Source: an uncultured Syntrophomonadaceae bacterium (lineage in GTDB: Bacteria > Bacillota > Dethiobacteria > DTU022). Taken from it: DNA of 64,000 nt. The stretch covers positions 5,231-69,230 of the forward strand of contig CAYMDO010000008.1 of NCBI GenBank assembly GCA_964389365.1. The letters are read 5' to 3'. Shown here one piece after another: positions 9,013-19,666 of the stretch (the first letter of the stretch is position 1; each line of letters opens with the position of its first letter). Below the pieces are notes generated by a model. That model had not been told where the DNA came from, searched no databases, and was given only the letters and a program-made list of their open reading frames with translations. A program made the position numbers and the translations under genes.

Positions 9013-10303
9013 ATCTACGGCACAGATGCCAACCAGACAACGGGTCGCGGCGTATGCCCGTGTTTCCTGCGGGAAGGACGAGATACTCCACTCCCTTGCC
9101 GCTCAGGTCAGCTTTTACAGTAACCTGATACAAAGCAATCCCGAATGGGAGTATATCGGCGTATACGCAGATGAAGCTGAAACCGGCACAAAGGGTTCAA
9201 GACCTGAATTTCAGCGACTGCTTGCCGACTGCCGTGCGGGGCGCATCGACCTTATCCTAACAAAGTCAATCAGCCGTTTTGCAAGGAACACGGTCATGCT
9301 ACTTGAAACTATCCGAGAGTTGAAAGGCATCGGCGTTGGCGTGTTTTTCGAGGAGCAGAATCTGCACTCGCTTTCGGGCGATGGGGAGTTGATGCTCACT
9401 ATCCTCGCAAGCTACGCACAGGAAGAAAGCCGCTCGGTCAGCGAAAACTGCAAATGGCGTATCCGCAAGGACTTTAAGGAGGGCAGGCCCGGGGGCAACA
9501 TCCGCATTTACGGATTCGACTACAAGGACGGCAGACTGACCGTCATTCCGGAGGAAGCCGAGGTCGTGCGGATGATATACGCCGACTATTTGTCGGGGCT
9601 TGGCAAGAACGCCATTATGAAGAAACTGGTCAGGCTCGGAGTGCCGACGAAATGCGGCGGCCGATGGTCGGAAAGCACAGTGGGTTCAATCCTTAAGAAT
9701 GAAAAGTACATCGGTGATATGTACCTGCAAAAAGGCTTTATTTCCGACCACATCACAAAGAATTGGAAGCCAAACAACGGCGAGTTGCCTAAATACTATG
9801 TCGAGGGCAACCATGAAGCGATTATCGACCGTGAGACCTTTGAGTCTGTTCAGGCTGAAATAGCACGGCGGGCAGAAAATGCAAACCACCCTCGCAAACG
9901 GACATTCAGTGAATTTTCAGGACTTATCACTTGCGGTCGGTGCGGTGCAAAATTTCGCAAAAAGATAAACTCAATCAACACAAAATATGCTGCGGTGACA
10001 TGGGCTTGCGCTACTTTCACTTATAAGGGTAAGCACGAATGTGCTGCGAAACGTATACGCGAAGATATCCTTAAAGAAAAGTGCGCCGAGGTGTTGGGGC
10101 TTTCCGAGTATGACCCCGCCGTGTTCACGGCAAAGGTAGCCTCAATTAGAGTCCCTGACGACGGCGTTCTGATATTCACATTAAAAGACGGCACGGAGCA
10201 GACGATTAACTGGGAGAACCGCTCCCGCCGTGAAAGCTGGACGGATATGAGGAAGCAAACCGCCCGTGAAAAGGCTTTGACGGGAGACGGTCGAAATGGC
10301 TAA
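8987..10303 (+). CDS. large serine recombinase
   Basis: [13 protein letters not shown] (catalytic Ser region), [31 protein letters not shown], a recombinase domain and a Cys-rich zinc beta-ribbon (CGRCGAKF..C). 438 aa, apparently intact. Confidence 0.9.
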   Translation: MGRKITKIESTAQMPTRQRVAAYARVSCGKDEILHSLAAQVSFYSNLIQSNPEWEYIGVYADEAETGTKGSRPEFQRLLADCRAGRIDLILTKSISRFARNTVMLLETIRELKGIGVGVFFEEQNLHSLSGDGELMLTILASYAQEESRSVSENCKWRIRKDFKEGRPGGNIRIYGFDYKDGRLTVIPEEAEVVRMIYADYLSGLGKNAIMKKLVRLGVPTKCGGRWSESTVGSILKNEKYIGDMYLQKGFISDHITKNWKPNNGELPKYYVEGNHEAIIDRETFESVQAEIARRAENANHPRKRTFSEFSGLITCGRCGAKFRKKINSINTKYAAVTWACATFTYKGKHECAAKRIREDILKEKCAEVLGLSEYDPAVFTAKVASIRVPDDGVLIFTLKDGTEQTINWENRSRRESWTDMRKQTAREKALTGDGRNG

Positions 10304-11543
10304 TGTACGGGTAATCCCCGCCACTGCCCCTGTCGTTTCGGCCCAAGAGAGAAATTCAGCAGCCAGACGCAGAGTAGCCGCCTACGCAAGGGTCAGCACC
10401 GACAGCGACGAGCAGCTCACCAGCTACGAAGCTCAAGTTGACTACTACACAAAGCTAATTTAAGGGCGGTCGGATTGGAAATTTGTCACAGTTTATACGG
10501 ACGAGGGCATTTCAGCAGTGAACATGAAACGACGTGAGGGCTTCAAGCAGATGGTTGCCGACGGCTTGGCGGGTAAGTTTGATTTACTCGTTACCAAGTC
10601 GGTGAGCCGTTTCGCCCGAAACACGGTTGACAGTCTGATCACTGTCCGTAAGCTTAAAGATGTCGGTTGCGAGGTCTGGTTTGAAAAGGAAAACATCTTC
10701 ACACTCGACAGCAAGGGCGAACTGCTGATTACGATAATGTCCTCGCTGGCACAGGAGGAAAGCCGCTCCATTTCAGAAAACGAGACGTGGGGTCAGCGCA
10801 AGCGCATGGCCGACGGCAAGGTCAGCCTTCCGTATGCCCAGTTCCTCGGTTACGAGAAGGGCGAGGACGGTTTGCCAAAGGTAGTCCCCGCCGAAGCGGA
10901 GATTGTGCGGCCGATATTCAGGCTATATATGGAGGGCAAGACATTCTCGGCAATCGCCAAGTACCTCGGCAGTTATGACCTCCCTTCGCCGGCGGGCAAG
11001 AAAACATGGCAGACGGCGGTGGTGCGGTCAATCCTGACCAATGAAAAATACAAAGGCCACGCGCTTTTGCAAAAGACCTACTGCTCGGACTTCCTCACCA
11101 AGAAGATGGTCAAGAATACTGGCCAGGTACAGCAATATTACGTCGAGGACAGCCATCCCGCCATCATCGAGCCGGACGAATTTGACGCGGTTCAGGTAGA
11201 GATAGAGCGCCGCCGCTCGATTGGCAAACCGACAAGCTGCACGAGCATTTTCGCAGCGAAGATTGTTTGCGCCGACTGCGGCGGGTGGTTTGGCAAAAAG
11301 GTCTGGGGCAGTTACAAGGGCGATAAGACCTACCGAAAGGAAGTCTGGCAGTGCAACTACAAGTACAAACGGCTCTGCAAAGCGAAGATTATCGAGGGCT
11401 TCATTCGGGACATCGAGAGCCGACCGCTCGCCATCACCGAGTTCGACGAAAAGTTATGGCTCGCCGTCATTGACCAAGCGATCGTCAGCAGAGACGGCAC
11501 GATGACATTCAGGCTCAGGAACGGCTCTGAAGTCGTCGCATAA
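10296..11543 (+). pseudogene. large serine recombinase with premature in-frame TAA
   Basis: ATG 10296 gives [39 protein letters not shown], then TAA (10461-10463), then the same frame continues [42 protein letters not shown]... The C-terminal part looks shorter than in typical family members. Confidence 0.85.
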
Positions 11544-11559
11544 CATCTGAAAATCCACG

Positions 11560-11586
11560 GCTCGCCTTCGGGCGGGCTGTTTTTTT
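11560..11586 (+). terminator. rho-independent terminator after the recombinase genes
   Basis: gctcgcc-ttcg-ggcgggc forms a 7-bp stem, followed by T7 (after a 2-nt tg spacer). Confidence 0.65.
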
Positions 11587-11610
11587 GCCTGTGTTTGTGT
11601 GTGTGAAAGA

Positions 11611-11698
11611 GCTATCTTTTAACGGGTCGGTGTATCGTTAAAAGATAGCCCGATTTTCGGTGCAAATTTTAACGATTTGCTTTCTTTTAACGATTTGC
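11611..11698. repeat. cluster of four TTTTAACG-core repeats (one inverted pair plus one direct pair)
   Basis: gctatcttttaacg (11611-11624) and its exact reverse complement cgttaaaagatagc (11636-11649). ttttaacgatttgc occurs at 11667-11680 and again at 11685-11698. Confidence 0.8.
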
Positions 11699-11886
11699 CT
11701 GTGTGCCTGCCCTGAAAACCGCCACGGTTCAAGTCAAGTGTCCTCCAAAAACAGCAAAACAAAGCTGCCATAAAATAATAAAAGCCGTTCTGCAAACCCG
11801 CGAGAATGGCTTAAATACAGCACTTTCAAGTAAAACAAAAACCACCCACCGATAAAAATCTTTTTATCAATAGATGGTAGATTATC

Positions 11887-12239
11887 TGGTGGAGGCGGCG
11901 GGAATCGAACCCGCGTCCGAAGGCACAGCTGCAGAAGTTTCTACAAGTTTAGTTCCGGATTTGTTTCTCGCGCCCCCGGCTCCCCGGAACGGGATCTTTC
12001 GGCGCCAGCCCCGTTTGTTTTCCCTCGGCAGCGAAGAGGCAGCCGCTATCGAAGTAGGCCGGATTAGTGACGCCCCTGCTCCTTCCCCCGGCCGGGGTGG
12101 GGAGGGACGCGCTACTTTAGATTAAGCAGCGAGTGCTAATTTAGGTTTGGCGTTTATAGCCGTTCCATGTTTTAACCAGGCCATGGTCCTGGACCTGCCT
12201 CTTCTGCTTCCAAAACCCCCGTCGAATCCTTACGCCCCC
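11887..12239 (-). ncRNA. ssrA: tmRNA (transfer-messenger RNA)
   Basis: On the minus strand the 5' end is GGGGGCGTAAGGATTCGACGGGGG (12239 downward) and the 3' end is ..GGTTCGATTCCCGCCGCCTCCACCA (to 11887). An internal tag frame reads ..AAA CCT AAA TTA GCA CTC GCT GCT TAA (..KPKLALAA, stop at 12122-12124). It lies directly downstream of smpB. Confidence 0.92.
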
Positions 12240-12244
12240 AAACT

Positions 12245-12718
12245 TTATTCATTCCTCTGCCTATCCCTGAAAACTCTTTCCATCTCGCGCTTGCTGTCCC
12301 GTTCGGCAATATCGCGCCTTTTGTCGTACAACTTCTTACCGCGGGCTAGGCCAAGCTCAATTTTTACCAGCCCCCTGACCAGGTAAATTTTCAGGGGAAT
12401 CAGGGAGTAACCCTTTTCTTTTATTTTACCGCTCAGCCTGCTGATCTCGATTTTTCTCATCAGCAGTTTCCTGATCCTCAGCGGTTCATGGTTAAAGCGG
12501 TTGCCCTGCTCGTAGGGGCTTATATGCATATTATACAGGAAAAGTTCGTTTCCTTCAACCTTGGCAAAGCTGTCTTTTAAATTAACCCTCGCATTGCGGA
12601 CAGATTTCACTTCGGTGCCGGTCAACACAATACCCGCCTCGAATGAATCCTCTATATGGTAATCATGCCGCGCTTTACGATTGGTGCTAATTACTTTATC
12701 CACAGTTTCATACTCCAT
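12245..12718 (-). CDS. smpB: SsrA-binding protein
   Basis: ..[33 protein letters not shown].. is the SmpB signature. ATG 12718 was chosen by N-terminal length comparison; the ORF itself extends to 12751. Confidence 0.92.
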   Translation of the reverse strand: MEYETVDKVISTNRKARHDYHIEDSFEAGIVLTGTEVKSVRNARVNLKDSFAKVEGNELFLYNMHISPYEQGNRFNHEPLRIRKLLMRKIEISRLSGKIKEKGYSLIPLKIYLVRGLVKIELGLARGKKLYDKRRDIAERDSKREMERVFRDRQRNE

Positions 12719-12728
12719 TAAAATCGTG

Positions 12729-13292
12729 TCATACCCCCGTCCCCTTGTCACGAAATTTCAGGGGGTTGTCCCATTTTTCGCTGAAAACGATTTCGTGCAG
12801 GCTTTTGCGGGGGCGGGCACCGGGTGCTGCATTGGGATAGCCGAGGGGCGAAAGGGCCACCACCCGGTAATCATGCGGCACTCCGCAGGCTGCCCGCGCC
12901 TTCTCTTGATCAAAGTATGCCACCCAGCAAGTGCCGAGACCTTCGGCATGGGCGGCCAGCATCAGCTGCTGCATAGCCAAACCGGCATCAAGCAGGTAAT
13001 ATTCCTTGCGATCATGTACGCCCGACTCTTTCGGATCGGCACACAGGACCAGCACCAGCGGCGCCGTTTCACCAACCGCCTTACGGGCCGGGTTGCTGAC
13101 AGGCATACTCTCGGCCAGGGCCTCTTTAACCAACACATCTCTCACAACAATAAAACGCCAGCACTGGAGGTTGCTCCAGGAGGGAGCAGCACGGGCCGCT
13201 TCCAGTATCCGTTCCAGTTTTTCAACCGGCACCGGATCAGGCTTATACTTTCTGATACTGCGCCGACTATATATAGCATGGTATAGATCCAT
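12729..13292 (-). CDS. nitroreductase family protein
   Basis: [37 protein letters not shown] is a nitroreductase-fold N-terminus. GGAGG precedes ATG 13292. Confidence 0.85.
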   Translation of the reverse strand: MDLYHAIYSRRSIRKYKPDPVPVEKLERILEAARAAPSWSNLQCWRFIVVRDVLVKEALAESMPVSNPARKAVGETAPLVLVLCADPKESGVHDRKEYYLLDAGLAMQQLMLAAHAEGLGTCWVAYFDQEKARAACGVPHDYRVVALSPLGYPNAAPGARPRKSLHEIVFSEKWDNPLKFRDKGTGV

Positions 13293-13328
13293 CTTTACCT
13301 CCAAATAAATCACTGTGTCAATATTTTT

Positions 13329-15485
13329 TTACCCTGCAGGGGCAAAGGAAACCTTGCCTTCTTCCCGGTCCACCCCTTTTACAACTATATCAATCTGATC
13401 CCCCAGCCGGTAGATCCTGCGGGTTCTCTCACCGGTCAGGGAAGCCGCCTTATCGTTATAAAAATAATAATCATCTTTCAGTTCACTAATCGGGGTCAAC
13501 CCTTCCACCGTGTTATCAAGCTCCACGAAAAGGCCGAAGTTGGTTACGCCGTTGATGATACCGCTGTACGTTTCGCCGATCTTTTTTTCCATATATTGGG
13601 CTTTTTTCATCTCAGTACTGGCTCTTTCCGCCTCAACTGCTGCCCGCTCCCGTTCAGAAGACTGCTGCGCGATCCCCGGCAGGCGGGCCTGCAAACTATT
13701 TATTTTATCCCCTTTCAGGCCGCCAGGTGCCAGCTGCTGTTTCAGGATCCGGTGTACGATCAGGTCGGGATAACGCCTGATCGGAGAGGTAAAGTGACAG
13801 TAACATTGTGAAGCCAGGCCAAAGTGCCCTTCGTTGGCAGAGCTGTACAACGCCTGGGGCAGGGAACGCAGGACAAGGTAGCGAACCAGCCTTTCTGCCT
13901 TTTCTCCCCTCGTTTGCTCCAGCAGCTGCTTTAAATGCTTCGCTTTCAGCTCTTTTTGTTTTGCCAGGGCGGCAACGCCCATTAAGGAAAGGGTTTCTCT
14001 CAGCGCCGCCAGTTTTTCGGCCGTCGGCAGAGAGTGCACCCTGTAAACACAGGGCAGCTTGCGCTTAAATAAATAACCGGCAACCGCTTCATTGCAGTAA
14101 ACCATGAATTCTTCAATGAGCGATTCCGACTGCCCCATCGTTCGCCTGGTGATCGCTAGCGGCACCCCCTGATCGTCGACTTCGATACGTGCCTCGGGCA
14201 GATCCAGGTCGAGAGCCCCCCGTTCCATACGGCGTTTCCGCAGGATCCCGGAGAGTTCCCGCATCCGGTCCAGCATCTCAGTCAGCCCTTCGGCCCTAAA
14301 GACCGGCTGCGGCTCTTCCCCGCTGAGATAAGCTTCTACCTGCTGGTAAGTCAACCGCTCGGTTACCCTGATCACGCTGGCCGTATAACGGGCATCAAGC
14401 AGCTCGCCCAGCCGATCAATATCCATAATTACACTGAGCGCCAAACGGTCTTTGCCGGCCTGCAGGCTGCAGAGGTTTTCCGACAAAAGCGGGGGAAGCA
14501 TGTGAATTACTTTTTCGACAAGGTAAATGCTGGTTCCGCGCTTTAAGGCCTCACGGTCAAGGGCCTTGCCCTGTCGGACGTAGTGCGAAACATCGGCTAT
14601 ATGCACCCCAAGCCGGTAAACTCCATCTCCCGGCAGTTCCAGCGAGACTGCATCATCAAAATCACGGGCGCTCAGATCATCTATTGTAACCATCGGCAGG
14701 TGCCGCAGGTCAGCCCGCCCTTCTTCCCCGGCTGCCCGGGCAATCACCTCCTCGCCAGGCAGCTCCCCAAGCATTTTGGTCACTGCAGGTGGGAATTCGT
14801 CCGGCAGGTCAAAACGGTATTTGAAAATGAGCCGGTCTGTGCAGTGACTGCCCGGTGGCCCGATGCGCTCGGCAACCACTCCCCTCGCCGCACGGCTGCC
14901 CCTGGCCCACTTTGCTATTTCAACAACAACTTTTTCTCCCGGCCTGGCCCTGCTCAAATCAGCAGGGGCAACATGCACTGCGCCTGGGAAACGGTCGTCG
15001 TCAGGCACGACAAAAAACCATTTCCGGTCGCGGTACAGGGTCCCGACGTGCCGGTTTCGGCCTCTCTCGATTATATTAACAACCACTCCCTCGCGGCGGC
15101 GTCCTTTCTGCTGCCCGACACGAACCACCACCCGGTCACCATGAACGGCGTTATTTAGATTCGTGGCGCTGATATAGACATCTTCAGTTTTCTGTTCCGG
15201 TACCAGAAAAGCAAACCCTTTCCGGTTACCGCGCAGGATACCGGTCAGCAGCCCCAGTTTTTCCGGCAGCCCGAAACGATCCTGTTCGCTCCTGATCAGA
15301 GCACCTTCATCCTGCATCTTCTTTATTACATTCTGCAGAATCGCCCGATCCTGTTCATGCAAAGCAAGCCCGGCAAGTATTTGGCCCACAGACAGGGCTT
15401 TCTGCCGGCTCACCTTTAAAAGCTGCCTTATACCGGTGCGCAGCTGGTCGATATTGTTTCTCCTGGTCACGATATAACCTTTCAA
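13329..15485 (-). CDS. rnr: ribonuclease R
   Basis: 718 aa with cold-shock/OB, RNB (..DFDDAVS..) and C-terminal S1 (GIINGVTNFGLFVEL) regions. Confidence 0.93.
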   Translation of the reverse strand: MKGYIVTRRNNIDQLRTGIRQLLKVSRQKALSVGQILAGLALHEQDRAILQNVIKKMQDEGALIRSEQDRFGLPEKLGLLTGILRGNRKGFAFLVPEQKTEDVYISATNLNNAVHGDRVVVRVGQQKGRRREGVVVNIIERGRNRHVGTLYRDRKWFFVVPDDDRFPGAVHVAPADLSRARPGEKVVVEIAKWARGSRAARGVVAERIGPPGSHCTDRLIFKYRFDLPDEFPPAVTKMLGELPGEEVIARAAGEEGRADLRHLPMVTIDDLSARDFDDAVSLELPGDGVYRLGVHIADVSHYVRQGKALDREALKRGTSIYLVEKVIHMLPPLLSENLCSLQAGKDRLALSVIMDIDRLGELLDARYTASVIRVTERLTYQQVEAYLSGEEPQPVFRAEGLTEMLDRMRELSGILRKRRMERGALDLDLPEARIEVDDQGVPLAITRRTMGQSESLIEEFMVYCNEAVAGYLFKRKLPCVYRVHSLPTAEKLAALRETLSLMGVAALAKQKELKAKHLKQLLEQTRGEKAERLVRYLVLRSLPQALYSSANEGHFGLASQCYCHFTSPIRRYPDLIVHRILKQQLAPGGLKGDKINSLQARLPGIAQQSSERERAAVEAERASTEMKKAQYMEKKIGETYSGIINGVTNFGLFVELDNTVEGLTPISELKDDYYFYNDKAASLTGERTRRIYRLGDQIDIVVKGVDREEGKVSFAPAG

Positions 15486-15609
15486 CCCCTTCAGTTTCCT
15501 GATAAACCGGTACCAGGTTATCGGGAAGTTTAACGCTGTTATGGTTCCTATACCCTACCTGGCCGGAAGATGCAGCCCTCATAAAATAATTATAATGCGT
15601 CGCACTGCA

Positions 15610-15645
15610 AATTAAAAGGCAGGGGCTTGATAAAGAGCCCCTGCC
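15610..15645 (-). terminator. rho-independent terminator downstream of secG
   Basis: ggcaggggct (15618-15627) pairs with agcccctgcc (15636-15645). A TTTTAA run follows on the minus strand. Confidence 0.65.
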
Positions 15646-15669
15646 TCGCTGTTTCAGCCTAAATCCCTA

Positions 15670-15903
15670 TTAGTTGTTGATCACCACAAGGGCAATGGTA
15701 AAGAGCATAAAACTAACTGCCAGGTAAGTTGTTAACTGCCCCAGCTTCTCGTCAAGCCCTTTTTTCTTTCCGACCAGCGACTGCGCGCCACCGGCAATAG
15801 CCCCCAGGCCTGCACTGCGTCCGGACTGCAGCAAAACCGTGGCAATAAGGGCCAGGCATAATACCAGATAGATTATAGTTAAAACTGTTCCGAGCATCGA
15901 CAA
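15670..15903 (-). CDS. secG: preprotein translocase subunit SecG
   Basis: 77 aa with two TM segments. LLQSGRSAGLGAIAGG is the SecG motif. Confidence 0.85.
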   Translation of the reverse strand: MSMLGTVLTIIYLVLCLALIATVLLQSGRSAGLGAIAGGAQSLVGKKKGLDEKLGQLTTYLAVSFMLFTIALVVINN

Positions 15904-15990
15904 CTACCTCCAGTAACCCTTCATACTTAACCAAGCAAGCGTTATTGTAACATATCTGGTTCTACTTGACAAATTTTTATGATTCCCGTT

Positions 15991-17337
<1,347 letters not shown>

Positions 17338-17343
17338 TCAAAT

Positions 17344-18870
17344 TTACCCCAATAAGCTCGAACCGGTCATCGCCGCCGGTTTTTCCAGGCCTGCCAGAGC
17401 CAGGACAGTCGGGGCCACATCGGCGAGGATTCCATTTTCGCGCAGCGCCCTCATCTCCCTGCCGACAATTACAAAAGGCACCGGGTTTGCACTGTGTGCT
17501 GTTAACGTTTCGCCTGAGCCGTTCATCATCAGTTCGGCGTTGCCATGGTCGGCGGTGACAATCATCTCCCAGCCGCCGGCCAAAACCCCCGCTTCAATAG
17601 CACCCAAGCCGCGATCAACGGCCTCAACCGCTTTAACCGCCGCCCCGATGTTCCCGGTATGGCCTACCATATCGGCATTGGCAAAGTTGGCCACTATCAG
17701 GCGATGTTTGTTCCGGGTGACAGATTCAATTATTTCCCGGGTAACCTGCGGTGCGCTCATCTCCGGCTGCAGATCATAAGTGGCCACCTGCGGGGATGGA
17801 ACGAGAATCCGGTCTTCCAGGTAAAAGGGTTCCTCCCTGCCGCCGCTGAAGAAAAAAGTGACGTGGGCATATTTCTCCGTTTCGGCAATTCGTACCTGGG
17901 TTAACCCCTGATCAGCGTAAACCTCGCCCAGCGTCGCCAGGACATCCTCATTGCAAAAAACGATCGGAACCGGCAGGGACCGGTCGTACTCGGTCATGGT
18001 CACACAATGGGGAAGCGGTGGATCATCACCGCGGTCGAAATACTCAAAATCACGATCGGTAAAAGCCCGGACCATCTGACGCATCCGGTCCGGACGAAAG
18101 TTGAAAAATATAACGCTGTCACCGCCGGCAATTGTTGTGACCGGTTTCCCGTCGCCGGTCGTGATGACCGACGGCTGGACAAATTCGTCTCCTTTGCCCC
18201 GGTCGTATGATTCTTTCAACGCCTGCAAAGCATTGCAGGCATGCAGGCCAACACCTTTTGTGTAGGCGTCGTACGCTTTCCTGACCCGATCCCAGCGCCG
18301 ATCCCGGTCCATGGCATAGTAACGGCCGCAAACTGTTGCCACCCTGCCTGTTCCATGATGCCTGCATAATCGCTCCAATTCGGCCAAAAAAGGCTCTGCG
18401 CCGAAAGGAACCGTATCCCTTCCATCTAAAATAGCATGAATAAAAAGGCGATCCACTTTTTGCCGGCGGGCCATCTCCATCAGCCCCAGCAGGTGCTCAA
18501 AGTGGCTGTGCACCCCGCCGTCAGAGACAAGACCAACCAGGTGCAGGGCTCCGGAGCCATTCCGGACCCGCCCCATCGCCTCCAACAACACTGTATTGGC
18601 AAAGAATTCACCGGATTCCAGGTACCTGCTGATCCTCGTCAGGCCCTGGTAGACAATCCTTCCCGCACCCAAATTCAAATGACCCACCTCAGAATTGCCC
18701 ATCTGGCCCGGCGGCAAACCGACCGCTTCTCCCGAAGCGTCGAGCAGGGTCCGGGGATACCGGCGGCAAAAGCGATCCATATTGGGCGTGGAAGCCAGAT
18801 CTACGGCATTGCCCGCACCGGGCGCGGCGTAACCCCAGCCGTCAAGAATTAACAGCAATACATTTTTCAA
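17344..18870 (-). CDS. gpmI: 2,3-bisphosphoglycerate-independent phosphoglycerate mutase
   Basis: 508 aa. MKNVLLLILDGWGY..NSEVGHLNLGAGR.. is typical of iPGM. Confidence 0.95.
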   Translation of the reverse strand: MKNVLLLILDGWGYAAPGAGNAVDLASTPNMDRFCRRYPRTLLDASGEAVGLPPGQMGNSEVGHLNLGAGRIVYQGLTRISRYLESGEFFANTVLLEAMGRVRNGSGALHLVGLVSDGGVHSHFEHLLGLMEMARRQKVDRLFIHAILDGRDTVPFGAEPFLAELERLCRHHGTGRVATVCGRYYAMDRDRRWDRVRKAYDAYTKGVGLHACNALQALKESYDRGKGDEFVQPSVITTGDGKPVTTIAGGDSVIFFNFRPDRMRQMVRAFTDRDFEYFDRGDDPPLPHCVTMTEYDRSLPVPIVFCNEDVLATLGEVYADQGLTQVRIAETEKYAHVTFFFSGGREEPFYLEDRILVPSPQVATYDLQPEMSAPQVTREIIESVTRNKHRLIVANFANADMVGHTGNIGAAVKAVEAVDRGLGAIEAGVLAGGWEMIVTADHGNAELMMNGSGETLTAHSANPVPFVIVGREMRALRENGILADVAPTVLALAGLEKPAAMTGSSLLG

Positions 18871-19634
18871 TGGAGAACCGCCTTCCTGGCAGCCTGGATT
18901 AAGGCGCTGAAAGACCTGGCATCCAGGCTGGCCCCACCCACCAACGCCCCTGATACTGATGGTAACGCCATGTAAGATCCGATATTTTCTGTATTAACAG
19001 ATCCCCCGTACTGCACCCTTAACCCTTTCGCGCTAGCAGCCCCGAACTGCTCGGCTGTCAGCCGGTACACGAGAGAAGCCGCATCTTCGACATCATCAGC
19101 CGAAGCCGCCCTGCCGGAGCCGATCGCCCAGACTGGCTCGTAGGCCACGACCAGGTTTGAAAAGTCTTGAACCGCCAGGCCTTCCAGGGCAGCAAACAGC
19201 TGCCTTTTAATGACCGCCGCAGTCTCTTCCCGATCCCTTTCGCTTTCTGTTTCACCGAGGCATAAAATTGGTGTCAGCCCGGCTGCCAGGGCTGCTTTTA
19301 CTTTCAAACTTGTCTGCTGATCTGTTTCACCCATCTGGTGGCGCCGTTCGGAATGCCCGATTATCACGAATCTGACACCGTATTCCAAAAGCATCAAAGC
19401 GGAAATTTCCCCGGTGTAAGCCCCCTGTTCTTCCCAGTGCATATTCTGGGAACCGATTTTTACCACACTGCCTTTAAAACCGTCCGCAGCAGCCGCCAGG
19501 GAGGTAAAAGGCGGGCAGGCAACTACATCAACCCCTTCAAAAAGGGCTTCGCCCCGGCGCAGCTCCTGACAAAAAGCAGCCGTTTCGGCTGCAGTTTTAT
19601 GCATCTTCCAGTTTGCCGCTATAATCAGTCTCAT
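18867..19634 (-). CDS. tpiA: triose-phosphate isomerase
   Basis: MRLIIAANWKMHKT..IIGHSERR..VAYEPVWAIGSG. Confidence 0.93.
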   Translation of the reverse strand: MRLIIAANWKMHKTAAETAAFCQELRRGEALFEGVDVVACPPFTSLAAAADGFKGSVVKIGSQNMHWEEQGAYTGEISALMLLEYGVRFVIIGHSERRHQMGETDQQTSLKVKAALAAGLTPILCLGETESERDREETAAVIKRQLFAALEGLAVQDFSNLVVAYEPVWAIGSGRAASADDVEDAASLVYRLTAEQFGAASAKGLRVQYGGSVNTENIGSYMALPSVSGALVGGASLDARSFSALIQAARKAVLH

Positions 19635-19666
19635 AGTTACCTCCCGCAAGATATTATCGACAATAA

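Larger units (their letters stand above)
5362..11886. mobile_element. degraded phage-like / serine-recombinase integrative element next to the tmRNA 3' end
   Basis: Block of phage-type genes (DUF2815-like fragment, HNH endonucleases, lysin, TA pair, HTH protein, two large serine recombinases) lying between purD and ssrA. Several genes are truncated or carry stops. The left edge is a fusion with a truncated host lipoprotein gene. The right edge lies somewhere in 11590-11886 and is not defined. Confidence 0.7.

Noticed and set aside
11874-12386. Plus-strand ORFs 11874..12125 (83 aa) and 12147..12386 (79 aa).
   Set aside because: They lie antisense to the tmRNA gene and the 3' end of smpB, have no SD, and translate to low-complexity sequence. 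They are artefacts of the structured RNA gene.
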